A stretch of DNA of 31,626 bases from a virus (taxonomy: Duplodnaviria > Caudoviricetes), in IMG/VR virus record IMGVR_UViG_3300011335_000345, positions 1 through 31,626 of that record; one strand, 5' to 3'. Under the pieces are notes generated by a model, which saw only the letters and a list, made by a program, of their open reading frames with translations, ran no database searches and was not told the DNA's origin. Shown in pieces: positions 23,233 to 31,626 of this stretch. Numbering within the stretch: position 1 is the first letter of the stretch; the number at the start of each line of letters is the position of its first letter. The position numbers were made by a program, and so were the translations under genes.

Positions 23233-24210
23233 TTAGCTTGGTACGACCAGGGCGAATGCTGCGGACGAGTTAGGCTCGCCAGCGGTGGAACTATCACGCA
23301 GAGATTTCACACCGTACAGAGTATCGGCGGTCAGCAACGTAGCAAGGTACTCTTGCTTGTACTGAGTCTGAGTGCGAACACCAACTTGCTCAACCAAGAC
23401 CAAAGCGTCTTTGTGGCCCATCAAGCAGACACGGGCAATTGCAGTGCCGCTTGCGGGGAACGCAGCGGTAGCAGATGCAGAGTCAGCGTTGCTGGTAGCA
23501 AAGACAGCCATGCCGTACAGTTGACCAATTTCGCCATTACGGATTGCATCACCATTGCCAACAAAAGCCTGCTCAGTGTAACGGGCAAGGCCCATCAACG
23601 TATTGCGGCTAGAAGGAGGAATGATGAAGAAACGTCCGTCCATAGGAACATCGTTATCGTCCAGGCGCTGGATGGTGCGGCGAATAGCCACATCAGTCAG
23701 AGCGGAGGCGTTACCAGTGTTGGTATTGGCAGAGTAGTCAAAAGTGGTAGTGCCATCACCACCAATGTAAGCAGCAGTGTAACGAGCGCTTGCAGCAGTA
23801 CCGCCGTTGAAGTTACGACCAAGCTGAACCAAATCGCTATCAATTTGTTTCGCCAAGGCATAACCAGCATCAGCAGTATAGAACGAGCGCAGGCTATTTA
23901 GAGCTTGTGCTTCAACGATGTCCTCAATCAAGCGGCTATATTCATAGTGCTTGTTGATGGAGACGTCAACGGTAGTCTCAGTAGCTGCAATCAGGGTAAC
24001 GGCTGTGCTTGCTGCTTTAGCAGAGGCAGTGCCACGATAAGGCGCAGGAATGTGAACGGTGTCACCTTTCTTGCCTTTGAAACTCATCTTCGTAACCAGA
24101 TTAGCCAGAACAAGATTCTTCTTGTAGGCCGCAACGATTTCATCAGACCAAATTTCAGGGATAAAGGTTGCCGCCGTAGTGGTGGTAACCGCAGGGGTAG
24201 GAAATGCCAT
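23233..24210 (-). CDS. Major capsid protein (P22 coat-like, HK97 fold)
   Basis: FIPEIWS, KGDTVHIP, LDDNDVP..GR, G.IG.LYG, D.LYG. Confidence 0.92.
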   Translation of the reverse strand: MAFPTPAVTTTTAATFIPEIWSDEIVAAYKKNLVLANLVTKMSFKGKKGDTVHIPAPYRGTASAKAASTAVTLIAATETTVDVSINKHYEYSRLIEDIVEAQALNSLRSFYTADAGYALAKQIDSDLVQLGRNFNGGTAASARYTAAYIGGDGTTTFDYSANTNTGNASALTDVAIRRTIQRLDDNDVPMDGRFFIIPPSSRNTLMGLARYTEQAFVGNGDAIRNGEIGQLYGMAVFATSNADSASATAAFPASGTAIARVCLMGHKDALVLVEQVGVRTQTQYKQEYLATLLTADTLYGVKSLRDSSTAGEPNSSAAFALVVPS

Positions 24211-24236
24211 GTTAATACTCCAAAATCAAAAGTTAG

Positions 24237-24977
24237 TTACTTGACCCGTCCCTCTGCGTATGCGTGCATGATTTCATCACTTAGCGCATCGTAGCGAGAT
24301 GGGTCGGTCATTTTCAGCCGAATCAGGTCAGCCCTTCGGTAAACCTTCTTTGAACTCTCTCCAGTTCCACCTGTATCGACTGCTGCGGCTCTCATACTAG
24401 TAGCCCTAGCTGTTTGACCAGCTTGTTCGGCTTGTTTAGTCTTCACGCCACGCAACTCTTTATAGGTAGAAATCAGTTCGTTAGCCGAATCAAAATCAAA
24501 TTCACCATCTGCTCTCGCATACAACCCTAAGCGAACAGGTGAAGATTTCACCCAATTCACAAAATTCTGGTCTTGTGCAACTTGCACAAAATCAGGGTGT
24601 GCCTGCGCCAGTTTCTGCTGAATCTGAGCCTTCTTGAATTCGATACCTGCTTGTCGAGCAGCTACCACATCAGGGTGGCTATCAATCGTCCTCTGAACTG
24701 CCTTCTGTGGATTCTCAAAGAAATCTACTTCTGGCTCATCCTCTTTGACATATTGCTGCTTAGAAGAAAGGTTCTGCTTAATTAGCTCGTCTGCAAGTTT
24801 CCGTACTTCGCCAACTTCTTGTGCTTGCTTCCCAATGAGCCTTTCGGCCTCCTGGTGCATTCTCACAATGTCCTCTAAACTTTTGTCCCTGTATTTATCA
24901 GGAAGTTCATGGGCCTGTTGCTTAGTCTCTTCAACTTCTAACTCGCCAAGCGTCTCATCTTCTTTGTCAATCAACAT
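24237..24977 (-). CDS. Scaffolding protein
   Basis: Acidic/helical; LPDKY..KS, ends AYAEGRVK; upstream of the coat gene. Confidence 0.8.
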   Translation of the reverse strand: MLIDKEDETLGELEVEETKQQAHELPDKYRDKSLEDIVRMHQEAERLIGKQAQEVGEVRKLADELIKQNLSSKQQYVKEDEPEVDFFENPQKAVQRTIDSHPDVVAARQAGIEFKKAQIQQKLAQAHPDFVQVAQDQNFVNWVKSSPVRLGLYARADGEFDFDSANELISTYKELRGVKTKQAEQAGQTARATSMRAAAVDTGGTGESSKKVYRRADLIRLKMTDPSRYDALSDEIMHAYAEGRVK

Positions 24978-25030
24978 ATCGTTTCCTTTTCCTGCCGTAC
25001 TTTCGGTTGTAGGAGATTAACGCGACACTT

Positions 25031-25264
25031 TCATGTTTGTGCGTTAGCTTTGCGCTCAGATTTTAGCTTGTCAGTGTGGCTTTTAGGAAATCTCCCATAT
25101 GCAGAGGGGAAACTTCCAGACCATCCTTCCAACCTAAACGCTGGAGCAGAGAGTGCGCGAACAGCTAGTTCACCACACTCACATTGGACATTTACCATCT
25201 CATAAGTGGTAAATTTCTCAAACTTTTGCCCGCATTTGCAGGCGTAATCATACATTCTTTTCAT
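25031..25264 (-). CDS. FmdB-like zinc-ribbon protein
   Basis: YDYAC.CG..FE...C.CG....R.LSAP. Confidence 0.78.
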   Translation of the reverse strand: MKRMYDYACKCGQKFEKFTTYEMVNVQCECGELAVRALSAPAFRLEGWSGSFPSAYGRFPKSHTDKLKSERKANAQT

Positions 25265-25487
25265 TCAATTCCTCGTATGCAGTCTCACTGGCCTCTTTCA
25301 AGGTTTTCAGCCAAGTAAGAATTGAAAGTTCACCTTTTTTGAATTGTAGGTCTTTTTCGTCACTTACTGTTGCAATGTTGTTTATCGAAGCAATAATTTT
25401 ATCAACATCTTCAATCAAATCTTTCCAACCATCCATTGAGAATAGGTTAAACCTATCCTCATAGTATTTCTGAAGCTCAGGACTCAT
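25248..25487 (-). CDS. Conserved hypothetical head-module protein (MSPELQKYYE.RF...GWKDL...FKKGEL)
   Basis: ATG at 25487 via TGATG coupling. Confidence 0.8.
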   Translation of the reverse strand: MSPELQKYYEDRFNLFSMDGWKDLIEDVDKIIASINNIATVSDEKDLQFKKGELSILTWLKTLKEASETAYEELNEKNV

Positions 25488-25543
25488 CACTCGTCTGCTG
25501 GTAGTGGTGTGTTGCCCGTTGTGCCGTCTAGGATGATGGTCAT
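25487..25543 (-). pseudogene. 18-codon fusion remnant MTIILDGTTG|NTPLPADE of a deleted tail-fibre plus chaperone cassette
   Basis: Coupled ATG with gaggag RBS; N half resembles a fibre start, C half a chaperone end. Confidence 0.6.
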
Positions 25544-25701
25544 GCTAGTTGCTCCTCAGTAGGACGCGCCAGTGTTGGGTGTTCCCACTTAGCTATGTAG
25601 TCGCCTTTGCCATCACTGTCATTTTGCAAATGAATAGTGGTTACAAACTCACTGTCTATTAGTTCTGGGTAAATAGCTTTAATCTTGTCATGCAATGTCA
25701 T
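25540..25701 (-). CDS. XkdW/YorD-like tail-fibre chaperone, 53 aa, not in track
   Basis: IKAIYPEL...LQNDSDGKGDYIAKWEHPTLARPTEEQLA; aaggag RBS. Confidence 0.82.
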   Translation of the reverse strand: MTLHDKIKAIYPELIDSEFVTTIHLQNDSDGKGDYIAKWEHPTLARPTEEQLA

Positions 25702-25702
25702 G

Positions 25703-26536
25703 TTATGCGCTCCTTATCATTGCTGCTTGGAAATATGTAGAACTTGGGCCTGCATTAACTGTATTTGTGCCTGTTCCACCTTCAAAAATATAAAAACCAA
25801 TGTAGTCGGTAGAGCCATTTAAATACACAATTGCTGAAACCATAGAACCTGTTGCGGTTGCAGTCGTACTATCTAAACCTTGTTTAATGATACCGCCATT
25901 TTTGTAAATTGCAGCTATCGCTCTAGTAAAAGTAGTTCCCGCAGATAAAGACCATGCAGCGTTAATTTGATAATAACCAGCAACTGTAGGTAAAAATGAA
26001 TACGCTGGAGTGCTGCCAACTGTACTGCCTGTATTATTAAAGTTTGAATTAGTGTCAAATTCTTCAGTATTGCATGGAACAATCGTAAAAGTAGACGCAG
26101 AAATAGTAAATGTGCCGCTTGGATAAGCACTAAATGTAGGGCCATTGCCAACAACATTAGCAGCTAATCCCGATTGCGTTAATCCAGTGCAGTTAGTTAA
26201 CACGCCGCTTGCTGGCGTTCCTAATGCTGGAGTAGTTAAAACTGGACTTGTGAGCGTCTTGTTAGTCAGCGTGTCAGTAGTGGCACGACCAACCAGCGTA
26301 TCTGTCGATGTTGGAAGCGTCAAAGTCCCTGTATTGCTAATCGTGCTGATTACAGGCGCAGTCAGCGTTTTATTAGTTAGCGTATCGGTAGTTGCTTTGC
26401 CAACCAGGGTATCTGTAGCCGCAGGCAACGTGACGGTTGTAGTGCCAGCTACCGCAGTAGCCTGCAATGTAGTAGTGCCTGACGTTGACCCAGATAGGTC
26501 AATTGCATTCGGTTTAAGCGTGACGGTAGTTGCCAT
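25703..26536 (-). CDS. Tail fibre / receptor-binding protein with C1q/TNF-like C-terminal domain
   Basis: [21 protein letters not shown] twice; PTFSAY...EEFDTNSNF...[10 protein letters not shown]. Confidence 0.82.
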   Translation of the reverse strand: MATTVTLKPNAIDLSGSTSGTTTLQATAVAGTTTVTLPAATDTLVGKATTDTLTNKTLTAPVISTISNTGTLTLPTSTDTLVGRATTDTLTNKTLTSPVLTTPALGTPASGVLTNCTGLTQSGLAANVVGNGPTFSAYPSGTFTISASTFTIVPCNTEEFDTNSNFNNTGSTVGSTPAYSFLPTVAGYYQINAAWSLSAGTTFTRAIAAIYKNGGIIKQGLDSTTATATGSMVSAIVYLNGSTDYIGFYIFEGGTGTNTVNAGPSSTYFQAAMIRSA

Positions 26537-26547
26537 AATTGTTCCTG

Positions 26548-27321
26548 TTAAGGTGTCCCATTCGATACGATATTTGTAACGGAAGTGATGACTCCAGTGG
26601 ATGACATGGACGCTATTGTAGTAGCACCATATTTAAACACCAATTTCCCACTAGACTCTTCAATCGTAAAATTTGTTGTTACAAGGCTAGATGCACTTCC
26701 AGCAGCAATAGATGCCCATGAAGTAGTTGTGCCATTAGTGGTTAAATATTTACCGCTATTTCCTGTTTGACTAGGAATTAAGGCATTTATTTGCGTTTGC
26801 AGACTGGCAATAGAGTCAAGGACTGACTGAGAAGTGCCACCACCATTGGTGATGACCTTAATCTTCTCTGCGACATCCATTGGGATGACTTCACCAGCAT
26901 TGATTTCACGCCCATCACTAAGAACGATGGTCAAACCACCGTCAAAGTCAACAAATGCGTTAGCTACGCTTATTCCATCTTCACCATCTTTGCCATCTTG
27001 CCCAGAAATCCCTGGTGGGCCTTGGACTCCATCAACTCCAATGCGCCCATCTTTCCCGTCTTTACCATCACGCCCTGGTTCGCCATCTTTGCCTTTAACA
27101 ATGGCTCCAACCTTGGTCTGCATTACATTGTTTAGCTCATCAAAACGAACCTCAAGGTCAGATTTGATTTTCTTTAGACCTTGAACAACAACTTCTACGC
27201 TTTTTCCAAGGTTATCACTGCGATTTTGCTGAAGTCTGTCAGAAGCAGCTTTTTGTATGGCAGAAGCCATAGCCATCTGCTCTTCAGCAGACATCTTGCT
27301 TACTTCATCAAGAATATTCAT
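26548..27321 (-). CDS. Collagen-repeat virion/fibre protein
   Basis: [28 protein letters not shown]; [16 protein letters not shown] motif. Confidence 0.82.
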   Translation of the reverse strand: MNILDEVSKMSAEEQMAMASAIQKAASDRLQQNRSDNLGKSVEVVVQGLKKIKSDLEVRFDELNNVMQTKVGAIVKGKDGEPGRDGKDGKDGRIGVDGVQGPPGISGQDGKDGEDGISVANAFVDFDGGLTIVLSDGREINAGEVIPMDVAEKIKVITNGGGTSQSVLDSIASLQTQINALIPSQTGNSGKYLTTNGTTTSWASIAAGSASSLVTTNFTIEESSGKLVFKYGATTIASMSSTGVITSVTNIVSNGTP

Positions 27322-29351
27322 TACTGCATTTCCGTAGTGATGCGGTTCAGGAAGTCTTGTTCCATTTTTGAGCTTTTATCCTGCATCTGCAACTCAACAA
27401 TCTTGGACTTGTTCTTGATGTCTGCCTCTTTAAGCATCAATTCAGCGATTTTTACACGCTTATCGAACTCAACTTGGTTGGCATCAGACTGCTGAGGAAG
27501 ATTCTTTGTAGCCGCAGCCAGCGCCCGTGCTTGCAATTCCTGTGGCATAAGCTGTGCTTCTGTATTTAGCTTGTTTGCCTCTGCACGATTCTGCTCTGCT
27601 TGGGTCGTATTGACTGCAATCTGAGCCTGAGCAGACTGAAGAGCCAGTTGTGTCTTCATTTGCTCCATTTGCTGCGCCTGTGGGTCAGCTTGGCTCATTT
27701 GCTCCAATGCAGCAATCAGTTCAAAGCGGTTAGTCAGGCTGGAATTGCTAAGAATTCCTTTAAGAATCAACGGTAAAACAGGTGTATTCGGGCCAAGAGT
27801 CTGCAATAGACCAATGAACTGCTGCTGTTCATGCTCACGGGCGATGATTCCCAATGTAGCAGTAGGCACAAAGTTCATATCCACAGATGGATAACGCTCT
27901 GGGTCAAACTGCATGAAACGGAAAGCCGCCTTGTTGATGAACGGGATGAGGAAATCCTCTTGGAAGTTCACCAAAGTGCGCTTGTACCGCTTGATGATGG
28001 ACGCAACAGCCATCGACATACCGCCTTGGCCCATGTCACGCGCACCATTGGACACCATGCCTTGCGAGTCTAACGTCCCAGTGCTTTGGAGAAGCATACG
28101 CTCAAAGTCTTTAGCAGTGGCTAGGTTATTGCCATCCGTATTGCCAAACTTGAACGGCATCAAAATCTCTGATGGATTACCGTTCGTCAGGAAAGCCTTT
28201 CCAGGCTTGACTTCAAACTTGGCTCCACGGGGCAGACGGGTTGCATCTACCGCAATCATGGGTGATGTCGTTAATGCCAGCGAGTCTAAGTGGCTACGAA
28301 CCTGAGCATCAATAGCTTTCTGCATATTGAATGCTTTTTCTACAGTGCCACGACCCAATAGACGATTCGGAACCGTGTCATCTTGGTATGCCAAGATAGG
28401 ACGGTCTTTCATCATGTACGGATTTTCTTCTGCTTTGAGCAGCAGACCATTGTTTGCAATGACTACGATTGCCTCTACCATGTCTTGGTATTCTTCAGCA
28501 ACAGAGTCTTCAGGGAAGAGGACTTCAACTTCCTCGTTCACCTTCTTCAGGTACTCTCGCGGAACCAGACCGTAGTAGGTCAGTAGCACCACTTTTTCAT
28601 CTTGGAACTGCACAACCTCTTGAGTAGGTTCAAGGTCTGTATCGTCGTAGGTCGGCGTGATGTTTACCTTGAGGTAGATGCCACGTTCAATGCCACGCAC
28701 GATTTTGTGTATGGATACATACTTCTCGATAGCCACGCCCATGCAATCATCGACTGATGTGCCATTTGGGTCAAACAAGAAATTTTTGGGATTGACGGGA
28801 ACAATCTTTACGCCAACACGCTCTTTTTCAATAACGCCAATGGCAGCTTGCCCTGGCTGACCTGGAATCGGTTGCGTAGAAGGAGTGAACTCTTTCTCCA
28901 TGCTGACAACGATTTCGCCAATGCCAGTGCCATAGATTTCAGCCATCAGTTCTATCTGGTCGATAGATTTCCTGATTTTGTCCTTTTTGAAGTCTTCCAT
29001 CATCTGCGCCTTGAGCGCAGCAACATCAATTGGAGTGCCGTTCACATCCTTGATGTCATCCTCAATGTCAAAGAACTCACCTTGACCAAAGATAGCTTCC
29101 ATGATTTCCGCATGGCGTGTCTCAACTGCTTGTTGGGTAGCAGGAGTTACGATGCGGCTACGCTCAGACTCACGGGTCTTGTCCTCAGCGGCCCATTCGC
29201 CACGGAAGATGCGCTCGTACTCTAGGTAGTCATCAAGGAAGTTGGTATTACGATAGTCGCGCCAGCGGTCACAGTGGTCGGTGACAAAAGCGACTAACTC
29301 CTTGTCTTCTGGAGTCGGCTCATAGAAATCGTTTTGGTCAAGTTTTGCCAT
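27321..29351 (-). CDS. Portal protein (P22-like, with barrel coiled coil)
   Basis: 676 aa after terL; YGTGI, P.R..GRG, Q-rich C-terminus. Confidence 0.88.
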   Translation of the reverse strand: MAKLDQNDFYEPTPEDKELVAFVTDHCDRWRDYRNTNFLDDYLEYERIFRGEWAAEDKTRESERSRIVTPATQQAVETRHAEIMEAIFGQGEFFDIEDDIKDVNGTPIDVAALKAQMMEDFKKDKIRKSIDQIELMAEIYGTGIGEIVVSMEKEFTPSTQPIPGQPGQAAIGVIEKERVGVKIVPVNPKNFLFDPNGTSVDDCMGVAIEKYVSIHKIVRGIERGIYLKVNITPTYDDTDLEPTQEVVQFQDEKVVLLTYYGLVPREYLKKVNEEVEVLFPEDSVAEEYQDMVEAIVVIANNGLLLKAEENPYMMKDRPILAYQDDTVPNRLLGRGTVEKAFNMQKAIDAQVRSHLDSLALTTSPMIAVDATRLPRGAKFEVKPGKAFLTNGNPSEILMPFKFGNTDGNNLATAKDFERMLLQSTGTLDSQGMVSNGARDMGQGGMSMAVASIIKRYKRTLVNFQEDFLIPFINKAAFRFMQFDPERYPSVDMNFVPTATLGIIAREHEQQQFIGLLQTLGPNTPVLPLILKGILSNSSLTNRFELIAALEQMSQADPQAQQMEQMKTQLALQSAQAQIAVNTTQAEQNRAEANKLNTEAQLMPQELQARALAAATKNLPQQSDANQVEFDKRVKIAELMLKEADIKNKSKIVELQMQDKSSKMEQDFLNRITTEMQ

Positions 29352-30614
29352 CTATATTCCCGAAATAACGTCCATCGGTTGCCACTCTTCATCGTCTTCA
29401 TCCTGCTCATAGTAGGATGTTACGGCTAGTTGGTCAATGTATGCAAGACTATCTGGCAAGTCATCATGTACGCCTTGCGCTGGGAACATCAGGAGTTGGT
29501 CGATGAAAACATCCCAATCCTTTTCCTTATTCAGGATGATGCGCCCATGTTCAAAACGTCCTTGGAGACTCCAGATAATTCTGTCCGTCTTTTTCCGATT
29601 GCCGTGGGTCAGGTCAACTATGTGGGAATATACATTATTTTTCCGCATCAAATCCGACAGATACGGCAAAACAGCGTTTTTTAGCGCTCCTCGCTCAATT
29701 CCAACACTAATTGGGCGGTAATCCCGCATCTTCATCACGATTTTGGCAGCAGTCTCACGGATGTCCCACCGCCCATGCTCAATCTCTTTGACGAACCATT
29801 TACCGTCTTCAGTGACCTTTACGATACAAATCGCAGTCTCATCTAGTCGCTTTTTCGCATTAGCAGCTTGTTTAGCCACTTCTTCAAAGCCAGCCAAGTC
29901 GATTGCAATGAAGTAACTACCGTGTTCAGGTTCAATGCCATACTTTATCCATTCATCTCTAAAGGTATCGCTACCAGCGTTATCAAAGGAAGCCAGGTAC
30001 TCCTGCTTGAAAGCAAAGCTACTCAGCGTTTTCTTAGCAGACTCAATCTCGTCAGGGTCAATCAGCGGATTGTCTTTGGTTGTGAAGTGCCAAGACTTCC
30101 AATCATTATCCTCTTCTTTCTGGCCTAGCTTAAACAGGTCATAGAACCAGTTGCGCCCCTTGGGAGTGCCAATAAAGATAGCGCGACCCTTCTTATCTGA
30201 TAGAGAGGCGCGAATAACCTGCTCCCAGGCTTCGGGCTTGATGTCCGCAACCTCGTCAAGCACAGCGTAAGTCAAGCTCACGCCACGCAGCGTATCGGGT
30301 CTATCAGCGCCACGGACGTAAATCTTGGCTCCATTTATCATGGTGATGTCCATGTTGTTCACATGGGAGTTAGCAATGACTTCCCTGCCAATCTCCATCA
30401 ACACATCCCAGATAATCTGACGAGCCTGTCCCTGCGTTGGAGCCACATACAAGACTGCTGAACCCGCAGGACATTGTAGAGCCTCAATGATGAGTGCAGT
30501 AGCTGCCAAGCGAGACTTCCCGCACCGCCTGCCAGCAGCAACAACCTTAAACCGAGACTTGTCGGAAAAAACAATTTGTTGCCACGGTAGCAAAGTAAAG
30601 TTTAGGTCACTCAT
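29352..30614 (-). CDS. terL: Terminase large subunit
   Basis: AGRRCGKS Walker A, LRG...VLDE Walker B, GTPKG.NWFY, IDLAG, HDDLPD; ATG at 30614 overlaps the HNH stop. Confidence 0.95.
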   Translation of the reverse strand: MSDLNFTLLPWQQIVFSDKSRFKVVAAGRRCGKSRLAATALIIEALQCPAGSAVLYVAPTQGQARQIIWDVLMEIGREVIANSHVNNMDITMINGAKIYVRGADRPDTLRGVSLTYAVLDEVADIKPEAWEQVIRASLSDKKGRAIFIGTPKGRNWFYDLFKLGQKEEDNDWKSWHFTTKDNPLIDPDEIESAKKTLSSFAFKQEYLASFDNAGSDTFRDEWIKYGIEPEHGSYFIAIDLAGFEEVAKQAANAKKRLDETAICIVKVTEDGKWFVKEIEHGRWDIRETAAKIVMKMRDYRPISVGIERGALKNAVLPYLSDLMRKNNVYSHIVDLTHGNRKKTDRIIWSLQGRFEHGRIILNKEKDWDVFIDQLLMFPAQGVHDDLPDSLAYIDQLAVTSYYEQDEDDEEWQPMDVISGI

Positions 30615-31126
30615 ATTGTGCAACCTTCATGGTACTTTCTTTTTGCGTCTAAATATGCTGCATGTGCATCTTGCTCTTGAGAAAATGTCCCTAGATGTAT
30701 TTCTTTATGGTCAACAACGATTCTGGCTCGATATGGTTTATCTTTGTTTTTGCCTTGATTGCAAAAGCTAACACCAAGCATTGACGAAGAAGTGCGATTG
30801 CGTTTTGCACGTTTCTGATTTTGTAGGTTTACATTTTGATAAACATCGCGCAAGTTCTCAATGCGATTGTCATTTTTTATGCCATTTATATGGTCAATAT
30901 AGTGTTCTGGCATTGCTCCATGCACATAAAGCCAAGCAAGACGATGAGCCAAAAATATCTTTCCATCAATCATAATCTGCACATATCCGTCTGGACGCAG
31001 CACGCCAGTAATTGAGCCAGCAACGTATTTTCTTTTTGGATGGTTTTTTAGTCGTGTAAAAACACCAGTCGCAGGGTCATATGAAACATTGGTTTTCAGA
31101 GCATCAACCGTCAACACTTTTTTCAT
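30611..31126 (-). mobile_element. Free-standing HNH homing endonuclease (HNH plus AP2-like domain)
   Basis: YDPATG.F, AHRLAWLY..G, IDHINGIKNDNRIENLR, GV...Y.ARI...HLG.F....A..AY. Confidence 0.9.
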
Positions 31127-31128
31127 GG

Positions 31129-31470
31129 CTATTCCTGTTCACTATTCTTGATAGTATAGCCTATATCCTCAGCGTGGTCAACCACTGTCGGAGCTTGTCC
31201 TAGTCCTGTGATAGAAATCGTCACAGCAGACCTAGCGCCTTTGTCCTTCTCAAACATAGACACAGGCAGCGCTCTATCCATACACATCTTGAGAGCAGTG
31301 ACCTGACCAGGATGTTCATCGTTAAGAGCAATCTCAATGACCTTGCTGACAACATCTTTGCCAGACGCGCTAATCATCATGTCTTTTAGCTCTTTGATGC
31401 GCTGTGATTCTGTCTTAGGCAGCACCGCAGGAGGATTCTTAGCGAACCTCTCTAGAGTCATCTTTCTCAT
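31129..31470 (-). CDS. terS: Terminase small subunit (putative)
   Basis: First late gene upstream of terL; KVIEIALNDEHPGQ..ALKMC.DR.LP; ATG at 31470 after aaaggg (alternative start 31497). Confidence 0.7.
   Translation of the reverse strand: MRKMTLERFAKNPPAVLPKTESQRIKELKDMMISASGKDVVSKVIEIALNDEHPGQVTALKMCMDRALPVSMFEKDKGARSAVTISITGLGQAPTVVDHAEDIGYTIKNSEQE
31153..31181 (-). promoter_or_regulatory. Sigma70-type promoter within the terS 3' end, facing the HNH gene
   Basis: TTGACC-17 bp-TATACT. Confidence 0.65.
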
Positions 31471-31626
31471 CTTTACCCTTTCGGAGACCTGTGCCATAAT
31501 GAATCGGGGCCATCATCCAGCCCTTGGGAAGGCAGGCAGCTTACCAACCCAGATAAACGTAGCGAGTCTATCAGCAATTCTAGTAGCTAAGAGCGAACGG
31601 GTGCAACAGGTAGAGCCTAACAAGGT
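31412..31626. repeat. Terminal overlap, copy 2
   Basis: Exact 215 bp match to 1..215. Confidence 0.97.

Noticed and set aside
31412-31626. 215-bp repeat as a physical direct terminal repeat
   Set aside because: It starts mid-terS and is more simply an assembly overlap of a circular or permuted genome; read data are needed to decide

Overview
The window is a complete, circularly assembled ~31.4 kb tailed-phage genome: 1..215 is repeated exactly at 31412..31626. It is podovirus-like, with a P22-type coat, portal, adaptor and nozzle, three ejection proteins and no tape measure. The host is probably an aquatic betaproteobacterium (inference from gene families only). Layout: a ~900 bp non-coding control region (87-960); a rightward array of small early genes (962-2743); a leftward replication/nuclease operon with a lambda-O-like initiator containing iterons, a PAPS-reductase-family gene and two PD-(D/E)xK nucleases (2808-5891); a rightward recombination operon with ERF, SSB-like, MazG-like and mosaic small genes (6024-10137); and a leftward late operon from terS, HNH, terL and portal through tail fibres, head, tail and ejection proteins to lysis (31470-10139). 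I found no integrase, repressor, polymerase, tRNA, CRISPR or RT. Most notable observations: (1) all three early/middle promoters have a TAGGG-N4/5-CCCTA dyad exactly 23 bp from the -10, i.e. class II activator geometry; (2) a C4/CI-like antisense RNA whose loop matches two sites before the initiator RBS; (3) a sarcin-ricin-motif RNA between ssb and mazG; (4) tandem mosaic genes with exact DNA linker repeats; (5) an 18-codon fusion scar of a deleted tail-fibre/chaperone cassette; (6) a lysis-region gene broken at an in-phase A_AAA_AAG; (7) an HNH gene with its own promoter and an RBS-occluding hairpin; (8) a dense array of different operator-like dyads in the non-coding region. All family assignments come from motif recognition by eye, not database searches.
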